A stretch of 64,000 nucleotides of DNA from an uncultured Holophagales bacterium (GTDB taxonomy: Bacteria; Acidobacteriota; Thermoanaerobaculia; Multivoradales; UBA5704). Position 1 is the stretch's first letter. Each line of letters begins with the position of its first letter. Below are positions 42,064-53,429 of this stretch, piece by piece. The translations under genes and the position numbers were made by a program. The stretch is taken from the NCBI GenBank assembly GCA_963842525.1, contig CAWJGT010000009.1, forward strand, positions 544,001 through 608,000, given 5' to 3'. The notes under the pieces are model-generated. The model worked only from the letters and a program-made list of their open reading frames with translations, had not been told where the DNA came from and made no database searches.

Positions 42064-45000
42064 GCGTCTGCGGGGAGAACGGCTTCTGGAGGCAGGTCCA
42101 GGCGGCCTGGCCGGCCTGGAGCACCTCGTCGTTGTAGCCTGACATGTAGATCACCCGCGTCTGCGGCCGTTCGAGGAGGAGGCGGGTGGCGAGCTCCGAG
42201 CCCTTCATCCGCGGCATGGTGACGTCGGTCAGCAGAAGCTGGATGCCGCCGCGGTGCAGCCGGGAGATGGCCAGCGCCTCGTCGCCGGAGGCCGCCTGGA
42301 TCACCCGGTACCCCTTGCCGATCAGGATCTGGTGCAGCACCTTGCGGACGTCGTCCTCGTCCTCGACCAGCAGGATGGTCTCCGTGCCGGTGTCCGCGGT
42401 GGGGCCGGCGACCGCGATGCGCGGGGTCTCGGCGTCCCGCGACACCGGCAGGTAGAGTGAGAAGCAGGTCCCGTGGCCCGGCGTGCTGTCCACGAAAATG
42501 TGGCCGCTGCTCTGCTTGACGATGCCGTAGGCGGTGGCGAGCCCGAGGCCGGTCCCCTCGCCCTTGGTGCTGAAGAACGGCTCGAAGATGCGCGCCTGCG
42601 TCTCGGCGTCCATGCCGACGCCGGTGTCTTCGACCGTCAGCAGGACGTAGACACCGGGCGGGACGTTGGCGTGGCGCGCCGGGCTCTCGTCCGTCACCTC
42701 CACCGGTGCGGTCCGGATCGAGAGCCGGCCGCCGGACGGCATGGCGTGGCGGGCGTTCACCGCCAGGTTGACGATGACCTGCTCCATCTGCCCGGCGTCC
42801 ACCCGGACCTTGCCGGCCTCCGGGTGCAGGGCGGTCGCCAGGGAGATGTCCTCGCCGAGGAGCCGTTGCAGCATCTTCTCCAGGTTCGCGACGATCGGGT
42901 TGGGATCGAGCACCCGGGTCTCCATCGGCTGCCGGCGGGCGAAGGCGAGGAGCTGCTTGGTCAGGGCTGCCGCCCGCTGGCCCGCCTCCTTGATGCCGGT
43001 CACGTTGCGGCACAGGAAGGCGTCCTCGGCATAGCGGTCGAGCAGCAGGTCGCTGTAGCCGAAGATGGCCAGCAGGCAGTTGTTGAAGTCGTGGGCCACG
43101 CCCGCGGACAGGCGGCCGATCGCCTCCATCTTCTGGGAGAGGAGGAGCTGCCGCTGCAGCATCTTGTTTTCGGCTTCGTCCCGCTTGCGCTGGACGATGT
43201 CGCGGATCGCGATCACGGTGACGTCCTCGCCCTGGAAGACGTACTTCTTGCCCGCCATCTCGATGTCCACCGGCGTGCCGTCGCACATGTAGCCGATCCC
43301 CTCGCGCGGCACGTCGTCCAGGTCGGCCTCGCTGCCGGAGACGAGATCGGAGAGCCGGCGGCCGATCAGGCCGTCCGGCGTATGGCCGAAGATGCCGAGC
43401 AGAGCGTGGTTGACCTCCAGGATGACGCCGTTGCGCACGATGGCAATGCCTTCGAGGGTCGCCTCGAAGAGCGTCCGGAAGCGCTCCTCGCTGCGCCGGA
43501 TCTCCTCCTCGGCGGCCTTGCGCTGGGCGATCTCCTGCTGCGCGCGCTCGTAGAGGCGGATGTTCTCGACCATCGGCGCGATCTGATTGGCCACCGTCGA
43601 CAGGAGGTGGATGTCGCTGCGCGGAAAAAAGTCGTCCGGATCGCGGCGGCCGATGAGCCAGACGCCGACCGTCTTGGCCTGCACGGTGAGCGGGACGATC
43701 AGCCGTACCCAGCCGTAGCGGGACCCTGCCTCCTCGAGCGGGGGGATGTAGCGCCCGCCTTTCTCCAGGAGATGATGCAGCTCCCCGGCATCGGGCGGCG
43801 GCTCGCCCGCGGGCACGGCCTGCTCATAGAGGCTCTCGAGGCCTGCCTCGTCGATCAGGTACAACGCAGACTGGCGGATCATCAGGGCCGGCAGGATCTC
43901 GCCGGCGATCACGCGGGCCAGCACGGCGCGGTCGAACGCCGTCGGGATACGCTCCGAGACGAGGTCGATCACCTCCTCGGGACTGTGGCGGATGCCGAAG
44001 ACATGGCGGTCGACGAACGTCTGGAACCGGATGCGCAGGAAAGGCGCGGTCGAGACGAAGAGCAGGGAGGCCACGAGCATGGCGGCGAGGAGCTCGCCGT
44101 TGACGGGAGGCCACTGGCTGTTGATGACGAAGAGCGCCACCACATAGACGATGCTCGACAACGCCATGAAGCTGTACACCCCGAGCAGCCGGTTGGCGCG
44201 AAACTCCAGGGCGCCGAGGTGGTGCTTGTAGATGGCGTAGATATAGCTCATCGGCAGGGTGAGCAGGCAGACGACTCCGATGAAAGTGAACCAGGGATAG
44301 AGGAGGCGGATGTCGGAGATCAGGGTGCTGATCTGGTGGTAATACTGGGACACCAGGCCATAGAAGAGGCTGAAGGGCCCCAGGCCCAGGATCAGCCCGT
44401 ACAGCATGATCCGGTTGGCCACCTTGACGGCGGGTGCGAGGGGCATGAACAGCCGCGCCGCGAAGAGGGCGAGCGGCACGGCGATGCCGAGGAGGACGTT
44501 CCAGACGTACAGATGGCGGAGGAAGTCGAGCTCATAGAAGAAGAACGTGTCGAGCAGGCTCTGGACGAAAGCGATCGCATAGAGCGAGCCCAGCACGACC
44601 CAGCGCCGCCTGACGCTGAGCAGCGAGCTCGGGAGGATCAGGTGGAGATGGATGGACAGCGGCAGGAACCACCAGACCACCGCATGGAAGACGATGCTTG
44701 ATCCGCCGGCATGATAGGCGGCGATCTGGCCGGCCCCGAACCAGATGGCGGACACATAGCTGAAGACCACCAGGATGAGCCAGCGCTGGTCGCGTGGCCG
44801 CAGGAACAGGACGGCGATCGTGCCCATCAGCCAGAGGACCAGCGGCAGGAAGACGACGGGGGTGATGTCGGTGCCGAACTTGGCGAGGTTGTTGGCCCGG
44901 GGCAGGCGCACGCGAGCGCGAAAGCTCATGAGCTTGCCGTCGCGGATGAGCTCGACCGGGATCTTCCCGTCCTTGTCGATGCCCGAAAACGGTGTGAGCA

Positions 45001-45256
45001 GGCGGTCGCGCAGGTAGTCCTCGTACCGGATGCCGCCGATGGAGAGCAGGCGGTCTCCCACGAAGAGGCATCCTTCGCTCCCTGGCGGGCAGGGGACGGC
45101 CGCGAACACCTCCCAGCGGCCGGGAGACAAAGTGATGTCGATCGCGTTGGCCGCGCCGATGTAGGGGTAGTAGAGGCAGGGGAGGAGGACCACCAGCGAC
45201 ACGGCGACCCAGAAGAAATCGGTCTTGCTCCAGGAGAAGATCTGGCGGGTCTTCAT
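41993..45256 (-). CDS. hybrid sensor histidine kinase (PDZ-like, ~8 TM, GAF, PAS, HisKA, HATPase, REC) with ComP-like input
   Basis: VGDRLLSIGG...VELIRDG PDZ-like segment; H-box AHDFNN; G-box GTGLGL; REC motifs LLVEDE and LLTDVTMP. Confidence 0.9.
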   Translation of the reverse strand: MKTRQIFSWSKTDFFWVAVSLVVLLPCLYYPYIGAANAIDITLSPGRWEVFAAVPCPPGSEGCLFVGDRLLSIGGIRYEDYLRDRLLTPFSGIDKDGKIPVELIRDGKLMSFRARVRLPRANNLAKFGTDITPVVFLPLVLWLMGTIAVLFLRPRDQRWLILVVFSYVSAIWFGAGQIAAYHAGGSSIVFHAVVWWFLPLSIHLHLILPSSLLSVRRRWVVLGSLYAIAFVQSLLDTFFFYELDFLRHLYVWNVLLGIAVPLALFAARLFMPLAPAVKVANRIMLYGLILGLGPFSLFYGLVSQYYHQISTLISDIRLLYPWFTFIGVVCLLTLPMSYIYAIYKHHLGALEFRANRLLGVYSFMALSSIVYVVALFVINSQWPPVNGELLAAMLVASLLFVSTAPFLRIRFQTFVDRHVFGIRHSPEEVIDLVSERIPTAFDRAVLARVIAGEILPALMIRQSALYLIDEAGLESLYEQAVPAGEPPPDAGELHHLLEKGGRYIPPLEEAGSRYGWVRLIVPLTVQAKTVGVWLIGRRDPDDFFPRSDIHLLSTVANQIAPMVENIRLYERAQQEIAQRKAAEEEIRRSEERFRTLFEATLEGIAIVRNGVILEVNHALLGIFGHTPDGLIGRRLSDLVSGSEADLDDVPREGIGYMCDGTPVDIEMAGKKYVFQGEDVTVIAIRDIVQRKRDEAENKMLQRQLLLSQKMEAIGRLSAGVAHDFNNCLLAIFGYSDLLLDRYAEDAFLCRNVTGIKEAGQRAAALTKQLLAFARRQPMETRVLDPNPIVANLEKMLQRLLGEDISLATALHPEAGKVRVDAGQMEQVIVNLAVNARHAMPSGGRLSIRTAPVEVTDESPARHANVPPGVYVLLTVEDTGVGMDAETQARIFEPFFSTKGEGTGLGLATAYGIVKQSSGHIFVDSTPGHGTCFSLYLPVSRDAETPRIAVAGPTADTGTETILLVEDEDDVRKVLHQILIGKGYRVIQAASGDEALAISRLHRGGIQLLLTDVTMPRMKGSELATRLLLERPQTRVIYMSGYNDEVLQAGQAAWTCLQKPFSPQTLTQTVRSILDTPGEEEQPRAATA

Positions 45257-45413
45257 GGCTCGCTCGGCACAGCCGTGCCCCCGAGGGGCTTCGTCCCGGC
45301 CGTTCGTGGTCTTGGATCAGCGGTGGGATTGTACACCGGCGGAGGGAGGAACGGACCGCCCGCGAGGCTCGCGGGCTGGAACCGGCGGGCGCGTCCGTCC
45401 TCGATCGCCGTTC

Positions 45414-45617
45414 TTACGCCGGGCTGGGCTGGCGCTGCGCGTCGACTGGGCACCCCTCCCAAGGGATCCAGGCGCCGAAGGCTGGTTCCTCCTCTTCCTC
45501 TTCCGGGTTGGCCAGGCATTTCGGATCCGGGAGCAGGCTCAGCCTGCGCAGCGCGCTGAACAGGGCGTTGCTTTCATTCTGCGACACGAGCTTCGAATAG
45601 AAATCATGGATGGACAT
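45414..45617 (-). CDS. ComX-like peptide precursor 2 (67 aa, GAWIPWEG)
   Basis: GGAG RBS; clear paralog of 46973..47158. Confidence 0.75.
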   Translation of the reverse strand: MSIHDFYSKLVSQNESNALFSALRRLSLLPDPKCLANPEEEEEEPAFGAWIPWEGCPVDAQRQPSPA

Positions 45618-45896
45618 GGTTGCGTCTCCCGCGGGGAGTAGAGCATTGTTTCATCAACGGTTCCGACGGCTTCTGACGCTGCGCGAGAGGTGGGGCTTGG
45701 AGGGCTGCGCACCCGGTCGGTGCCTACAGCCTCCACGAAGATGTTCCTTGCTCGCAACCGGGCGGCGGGCGGAGGGTCCACGCGGAGTGCGATGGCCGCC
45801 GACATGATTTGGACCTCTCTTACGAGGCCGCCTCCAGGCGTGCCGCCGAAGCCGGCCGCTCTGCTCTGAAGCCAGTATAGCGCCCTTCGTTGCGGC

Positions 45897-46859
45897 TCAT
45901 GCGCGGACCTCCGAGAGGGTCGCCGGATCCTCGACGCCCACCAGCTCGAAGAGCCGGTGGAGCGGCCGCAGGTGGGAGCCGAGGAGCTCGTCGAGAGGCG
46001 CCGGATCGCGCAGCGCCAGCCGGGCCAGCCGGTCGCGGGACTCCTGCGAGATCTCGATCATCTTGAAGGCGCAGTAGCTCACGGCGCCGCTGCGCAGCAG
46101 GATCTTCTGCGCCTCTTCCAGGGCCTCGGGGTCCTGGTGGCGCGCGGCCAGATCGACGAACGCCTCGCGGTCCGGATGCTGGGCCGTCATGGCGAAGAGG
46201 ATCGGCAGGTTGTTCGAGCGGCGGTGCCAGTCGGTCCGCGGTGGCACCTGCAAAGCGTCCGAAAGGTCGTCGCTGACCTGGATGAACCGGCCCAGGACGT
46301 TGCCCCACTGGCCGATTTCGTCCGCCAGCTCGTCGGTGGCGCCGCCGAGCAGGGCTCCAAGGCGGAACGCCGCGCCGAACAGCGGCGGGGTCTTGGCCTC
46401 GACCACCCGCCAGTAGTCCTCCTCGCCGCGCAGATCGTGCAGGTCGAGGCTCTGGCCGAAGGCGGTCGCCAGGCCCATCTGGGCGAAGGTCGCCTGCAAG
46501 AGGCAACGGGTGCGGGCGTCCACGCCGGCGGCGTCCAGCAGGCGGTGCCCGGCAGCCTGGAAGGCGAGCGCCAGGTTCGCCGCCGGGCCGACGCCGAGGC
46601 GGATGTGGTCGCCCCGGGGATCCTCGTCCAGGATGTCGTCGACGAGATGGATGCTGAGCAGAGAGCAGAAGACTGCGGCGGCTCCCGGCAACGCGGCCTC
46701 GGGTGTCCCGCCGACGGCCCGGCAGGCGGCCACAGGGTAGTCCCAGACGGACACGCCACCCTCGCGGTGGCCCACGCGCTCGATCAGCTCCAGCATCTCC
46801 GGCCAGGCGGCGACCTCGGGGATCGTCCGGACCTGCGCCTTCATCTCCTCGAAGCTCAT
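45897..46859 (-). CDS. isoprenoid synthase-fold prenyltransferase, ComQ-like
   Basis: First Asp-rich motif HLVDDILDED, GQSLDL, KT and second motif QVSDDLSD; sits between two Trp-containing peptides. Confidence 0.85.
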   Translation of the reverse strand: MSFEEMKAQVRTIPEVAAWPEMLELIERVGHREGGVSVWDYPVAACRAVGGTPEAALPGAAAVFCSLLSIHLVDDILDEDPRGDHIRLGVGPAANLALAFQAAGHRLLDAAGVDARTRCLLQATFAQMGLATAFGQSLDLHDLRGEEDYWRVVEAKTPPLFGAAFRLGALLGGATDELADEIGQWGNVLGRFIQVSDDLSDALQVPPRTDWHRRSNNLPILFAMTAQHPDREAFVDLAARHQDPEALEEAQKILLRSGAVSYCAFKMIEISQESRDRLARLALRDPAPLDELLGSHLRPLHRLFELVGVEDPATLSEVRA

Positions 46860-46972
46860 TCCTTGACTCCTTTGTCGTGCTCGTCTTGGAGAAGCGCCCG
46901 CGGGCTCGTTGCGCTGGACCCGCGGACGCTGCTTCCGGCCTGATTACGTTCCCGTGTGCCGGGATGGACGGA

Positions 46973-47158
46973 TCAGGCCGTCACCTCAGACACTCCGGGC
47001 GGGTTCGACGGGTCGCCCCAGGGGATCCACTCCCCGAGAGGCTCCTCGCTGAACATGCTCTTCGGGTCGTCCAGCAGGCTCAGCTTGCGCAGCGTTCCCA
47101 GCAGCGCGTTCTCCTCGTTCATGGAAACAAGCCTCGAATAGAAGTCATGAATGGACAT
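46973..47158 (-). CDS. ComX-like peptide precursor 1 (61 aa, GEWIPWGD)
   Basis: GGAG RBS; MSIHDFYSRLVS..E.NAL...LR.LSLL.DPK. Confidence 0.75.
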   Translation of the reverse strand: MSIHDFYSRLVSMNEENALLGTLRKLSLLDDPKSMFSEEPLGEWIPWGDPSNPPGVSEVTA

Positions 47159-47452
47159 GGGCGTAGCTCTCCCGATGTGCAGAGGGGATTTCCCCTGCGG
47201 TTCAACGTTAAAAAAGAAAACAGGTGACGACTTCGTACGTCCGGAACTGCAGCGGGTTACTTCTAGGGTATGGGTGGGAGCACGATTTGAAACCCTCCAA
47301 AAGAAAGAAAAAGATTGACGAAGACTGCAACGTGCGCGCTCGTCGATCTCTACAGTGCTCAGTCCGTGGTCAACCGTGACACGGTCGAGGCCAAGATCTT
47401 TTTTCCCCGCGACTGGAGGGCTGGTGGGACGCGGGAAGGGCGCGAACGCCTG

Positions 47453-48683
47453 TCAGGTCGGGGACGGGAGGACGCCGAGCCGCTCGGAGGTCTCGAGCCG
47501 GATCGGGTGGGCGAGGCCGCCGCGCAGCGCCTGGACGAGCTCGCGGCCGGGCAGCGGCTTGAGGAAGTAATAGCCCTGCGCGTAGTCGATGCCGAGGAGC
47601 CGCAGCACCTCGGCGTCCTCGGCAGTTTCCACTGCCTCCATGATCGTCGCGGTGCCCGCGCGCGCCGCCATCTCGGCGGTGCTCTGCACGATGATCTGTT
47701 TGAACGGGTCGCGGGCGAGGTTGCGGCAGAAGGTCCCGGAGATCTTGAGGAAATCCGGGCGGAGGTCCTGGAACAGGTTGAGGTTCGAGGAGCCCTCGCC
47801 GAAGTCGTCGAGCGCGATCCGGAAGCCGATCTCGCGCAGCCTGCCGAGGGTGGCCGCGAAAGCGCGCGGATTGACGATCGTCTGCTGCTCGGTCAGCTCG
47901 AGGACGATGCTTCGCTCGGCCATCCCCGAAGCCCGGACCGCCTCGCACAGCCGCGTCGTGAGCTCCGGATTGGTCAGCGAGCGCGGCTGGACGTTCAGGA
48001 ACGTGGTCACCGGGATGTCGAGCTGGCGCACCTCGGCCAGGGCCGCCCGGATGCAGATCATGTCCGCTTCGAACAGCAGCTCCTTGCGGGCCGCGTAGGC
48101 GAGCAGGAACGACGGGTTCCCCAGCACCGAGGTGTTGGGGCCGCGCGCCAGCCCCTCGACGCCGAAGACCTCGAACGACTCGCGGCGGTCGCGCAGCTTG
48201 ACGACCGGCTGCAGCACCGAGCGGATCGTGTTGGCCGCCAGGAAGTCTTCGAGGAGCTCGACCTGCTCGACCTCGGAGCCTCTCCTCGCGCTCGCTGTTC
48301 GTGCTCGCGATGGCGGCGCGGCGCTCCAGCAGCAGGCTGCGGAGCTGGCCGAGACCGTCCGGCTTCTCCAGGACCGCGCTCACGCCCAGCACGGAGCAGA
48401 GCGAGCGCACGCTCTCGTCGATATAGCCGGAGAGGACGTAGACCGTCGTATCCGGGAAGTGGGTGGTGACGAAGCGGATCAGCCGCATCCCCTCCAGCCC
48501 GCCCAGGCGGGACACGGAGAGGTCGGTGACGACCACGTCGAAGCGGAACGAGCTGAGCAGCGCCTCGGCCGCCTCGATCTCCAGACAGGTCGTCAGGTGC
48601 ACGCCGGGCATGCGCAGCCATACCGCGAGCGTGTCGACCACCATCGACTCATCGTCGAGCACTAAGACACGGAGCACGCGCAC
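47453..48683 (-). CDS. response regulator, REC plus EAL (c-di-GMP phosphodiesterase) (frameshift ~48280)
   Basis: REC motifs VLVLDD and VVTDL; EAL motifs QPVV, EGLAR, LELTE, ALDDFGEG and QGYYF. Confidence 0.82.
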
Positions 48684-48759
48684 GAGTATAGACCTATCGG
48701 GAGATTTCTGCGACCCATGAAATTTGCATGGGAAGCCCCCATCCTCTGTTCCCCTCTTT

Positions 48760-50976
48760 CTATGATTCCCGCGGCGGGGCCGCCAGCCGTTCGGCGAGGC
48801 GGGTGTGGCGGGCGCGGACGCGGCGGTTGCCCACGGCGATGCGCAGCGCCCGCTCCTCGCCCACCAGCACGACGAGGCGCTTCGCCCGGGTGAGGGCGGT
48901 ATAGAGGAGATTCTTCTGCAGCATCAGGTAGTGGGTGGTGTGGAGGGGCACCACCACGCACGGGTACTCGCTCCCCTGCGACTTGTGGATCGTGCAGGCA
49001 TAGGCCAGCACCAGCTCGTCGAGCGAGCTGAAGTCGTAGACGACCTCGCGGCCGTCGATCACGATGCGCACGGTCTGGTCGACCTCGTCGATGCCCGCCA
49101 CGCGGCCGATGTCGCCGTTGAACACCTCCAGGTCGTAGTTGTTGCGAACCTGCATCACCTTGTCCCCCACCCGCAGGCTCTGGCCGCCGCGGGTCACGGT
49201 GACCCCCTCTGGGTTGAGCAGGTCGCGCAGCTTCGCGTTCAGCGTGTCGGTCCCCAGCGGGCCGCGGTTGCGTGGCGTCAACACCTGGATCTGCTCGACC
49301 GGATCGAGCCCGAAGCGCGCCGGGATGCGCTGGGTCACGACCTGGGCGACCGTCTCCAGGACCTCCGCGGGATCGCGCCGCTCGATGAAGAAGAAGTCGC
49401 CGTCGCTGTCCACCGATTCGAGCACGGGCATCTGGCCCTGGTTCACCCGGTGGGCGTTGACCACGATCAGGCTCCGCTCGGCTTGCCGGAAGATCTCGGT
49501 CAGGCGCACCACCTCCACGGCGTCCGAGCGGATCAGGTCGGCGAGCACCCGGCCGGGCCCCACGGAGGGGAGCTGGTCGACGTCCCCCACGAGGATCACC
49601 CGCGCCGCGTCAGGCACCGCGCGCAGGAGGTGCCAGGCGAGCAGGGTATCGAGCATCGAGGCCTCGTCGACGATCAGCAGGTCGCCGGCCAGCGGGTGCT
49701 GCCGGTTGCGGTCGAAGGCGCGGGTCTTGGGGTTGAATTCGAGGAGCCGGTGGAGGGTGCTCGCCTCGCCGCCGGTGGCCTCGGCCAGGCGCTTGGCCGC
49801 CCTGCCGGTCGGAGCGGCGAGCAGCACTTTCTGCCGCTTCTTCTCCAGGATGCGCACGATGCCGCGCACCAGCGTCGTCTTGCCCGTGCCGGGGCCGCCG
49901 GTGATGACCAGCAGCTTGCGGGTGAGCCCCGCCCGGATCGCCTGCCGCTGTTGCGGCGCGAGCGCCAGGTGCTCGTTTTTCTCGAACCATTCGAGGGCGC
50001 GGTCGAGGTCGATCTCGAAGGGGAGGAGCGGCTGGACCAGCAGATCGTGGAGGCGGGCCGCGATGCCCGTCTCGGCCAGATGGAGCAGCTTGAGGTAGAC
50101 GGCGTCCTCGGCACGGTCTTCGGCCGCCGCGGCGAGCGGCTCGACCACCACCTGGCCCGTCTCGGCGAGGGCGGCGACGGCCGGCTCGATGCGCCAGGGC
50201 TCGACCCCGAGCAGCCCCTGGGCCTCCTCGACCAGCTCGCGCCGCGGCAGGAAGAGGTGCCCGCGGTCGCCGGCCTGGGAGAGCAGGTGGAGAACGCCGG
50301 CCTCGATCCGCTGCGGTGCATCGCGTGGAATGCCGAGCTCGGCGGCGATCTTGTCGGCGGTCTTGAACCCGATGCCGAAGATATCGGTAGCCAGGCGGTA
50401 CGGGTTCTCCTTCACCACCTGGTTGGCTTGGCCGCCGTAGGTCTTGTAGATCCGGATCGCCCAATGGGTCGAGACGCCATGGGACTGCAGGAAGACCATG
50501 ACGTCCTTGACCTCGCGCTGCTCGACCCAGGCCTCGCGGATGGCGGCGGTCCGGTGGCGCCCGATGCCTTCGACCTCCTTCAGGCGCTCGGGCCGGTTCT
50601 CGATCACGTCGAGCGTCTCCAGGCCGAAGGTCCGGACCAGCCGCGAGGCCATCACCTTGCCGATGCCGCGGATCAGCCCGGAGCCCAGGTACTTCTCGAT
50701 CCCCGCCACGGTCGCCGGCACCACCGTGGTGTAGGAGCTCACGCGGAACTGGCGGCCGTACTTCGGGTCCTGGACCCAGCTCCCGGACAGGCGCAGGTGC
50801 TCCCCGGGCTGGACCGCGAGGAGGTTGCCGACCGCTGTCACCGGGTCGGACCGCCCGGGGACCGCAATGCGCACCACGCTCCAGGCGTTCTCCTCGTTGC
50901 TGAAGACGACCCGCTCCAGCACCCCTTCCAGGGTCGTTTGCTGGTCGCGGGCAGGGGATTCCAGGGGGAGGCTCAT
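48760..50976 (-). CDS. recD2: ATP-dependent RecD-like DNA helicase
   Basis: HhH repeats, GGPGTGKT, VDEASM, GDVDQL and TIHKSQGSE. Confidence 0.92.
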   Translation of the reverse strand: MSLPLESPARDQQTTLEGVLERVVFSNEENAWSVVRIAVPGRSDPVTAVGNLLAVQPGEHLRLSGSWVQDPKYGRQFRVSSYTTVVPATVAGIEKYLGSGLIRGIGKVMASRLVRTFGLETLDVIENRPERLKEVEGIGRHRTAAIREAWVEQREVKDVMVFLQSHGVSTHWAIRIYKTYGGQANQVVKENPYRLATDIFGIGFKTADKIAAELGIPRDAPQRIEAGVLHLLSQAGDRGHLFLPRRELVEEAQGLLGVEPWRIEPAVAALAETGQVVVEPLAAAAEDRAEDAVYLKLLHLAETGIAARLHDLLVQPLLPFEIDLDRALEWFEKNEHLALAPQQRQAIRAGLTRKLLVITGGPGTGKTTLVRGIVRILEKKRQKVLLAAPTGRAAKRLAEATGGEASTLHRLLEFNPKTRAFDRNRQHPLAGDLLIVDEASMLDTLLAWHLLRAVPDAARVILVGDVDQLPSVGPGRVLADLIRSDAVEVVRLTEIFRQAERSLIVVNAHRVNQGQMPVLESVDSDGDFFFIERRDPAEVLETVAQVVTQRIPARFGLDPVEQIQVLTPRNRGPLGTDTLNAKLRDLLNPEGVTVTRGGQSLRVGDKVMQVRNNYDLEVFNGDIGRVAGIDEVDQTVRIVIDGREVVYDFSSLDELVLAYACTIHKSQGSEYPCVVVPLHTTHYLMLQKNLLYTALTRAKRLVVLVGEERALRIAVGNRRVRARHTRLAERLAAPPRES

Positions 50977-51046
50977 GGCGGCTCGAGAGGCAGTGTACGA
51001 CAGGCGACGTTTCGCCTCGCGCTCGACTGTGCCAAAATGACTGCGC

Positions 51047-52445
<1,399 letters not shown>

Positions 52446-52450
52446 GAGGG

Positions 52451-52669
52451 ATGATGGAATTACCTGCGGAAGTCTTGATCCACAACGAGCTGTTGGGCGT
52501 GAAGGGTGGGAAGGGGACCCTGCTCCAGGTGAGCTCCGAAGGGTATTACGAAGTGAACTGCGCGTTCGGGGAGAGGATCCACCGCACCCTCTTCCCGATC
52601 CAGAACACGGTCCTCATCTGCCGCCAGCCGGAAGACATGACGCGGCGCGACATCGAAATCGAGCGCTGA
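52451..52669 (+). CDS. small hypothetical protein (72 aa)
   Basis: AGGAGG RBS; operonic position. Confidence 0.65.
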   Translation: MMELPAEVLIHNELLGVKGGKGTLLQVSSEGYYEVNCAFGERIHRTLFPIQNTVLICRQPEDMTRRDIEIER

Positions 52670-52670
52670 C

Positions 52671-53426
52671 ATGACCGCCAACACCGCTGAAACCAGACTG
52701 TCCGTCAATGTCGATCACGTCGCCACGCTGCGCCAGGCGCGCAAGACGTCCTATCCGGATCCCGTCGAGGCGGCCCGCCTCGCCGAGGATGCGGGGGCCT
52801 CCGGGATCACCGTCCACCTGCGGATGGACCGGCGGCACGTCCAGGACGCGGACGTGCAGAGCCTGAAGGAGAGCGTGCGGGGCAAGCTCAACCTCGAGAT
52901 GTCGATCTCCACGGAGATGCTCAAGGCCGCGCTGCGCGTCCGGCCGCACCAGGTGACGCTGGTGCCCGAGCGGCCCGAGGAGGTCACCACCGAGGGTGGG
53001 CTCAACCTGATCTTTTACGGCCGGCGGGTGACCGAGGCCGCCGAGCAGCTCGCCGCGGCCGGCATCGCCGTCTCCCTGTTCATCGACCCCGATCCACGGC
53101 AGCTCCAGGCCCTGGCGACCCTGCCCGGCGGAGGCGCCCGCTGGATCGAGGGGTTCGAGATCAACACCGACGCCTACACCCGGACCACCGACCCGGCCCA
53201 GGCGGAGGAGGAGCTCGGCAAGATCCGCGACATGGCCGCGCTCGGCCAGCAGAGGGGCCTGCGCGTCTACGCCGGCCACGGCCTGCGCACGGACAACGTG
53301 GGTCCGGTCGCCGCCATCCCGCACATGGAGGAGCTGAACATCGGCCACGCCATCGTCGGCCGCGCGGTGCTGGTGGGCATGGCCGCGGCCGTCCAGGAGA
53401 TGCTCGCCGCGATCCGGGGCGCCTGA
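52671..53426 (+). CDS. pdxJ: pyridoxine 5'-phosphate synthase
   Basis: VNVDHVATLRQAR, TLVPE..EE.TTEGG, AGHGL and ELNIGH. Confidence 0.95.
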   Translation: MTANTAETRLSVNVDHVATLRQARKTSYPDPVEAARLAEDAGASGITVHLRMDRRHVQDADVQSLKESVRGKLNLEMSISTEMLKAALRVRPHQVTLVPERPEEVTTEGGLNLIFYGRRVTEAAEQLAAAGIAVSLFIDPDPRQLQALATLPGGGARWIEGFEINTDAYTRTTDPAQAEEELGKIRDMAALGQQRGLRVYAGHGLRTDNVGPVAAIPHMEELNIGHAIVGRAVLVGMAAAVQEMLAAIRGA

Positions 53427-53429
53427 CGG

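Noticed and set aside
45897-46859. Housekeeping polyprenyl diphosphate synthase or terpene cluster
   Set aside because: Lacks the RRG motif after the first DDxxD (reads DEDPRG) and sits between two Trp-containing peptides and a sensor kinase; ComQ-like is preferred, though unproven.
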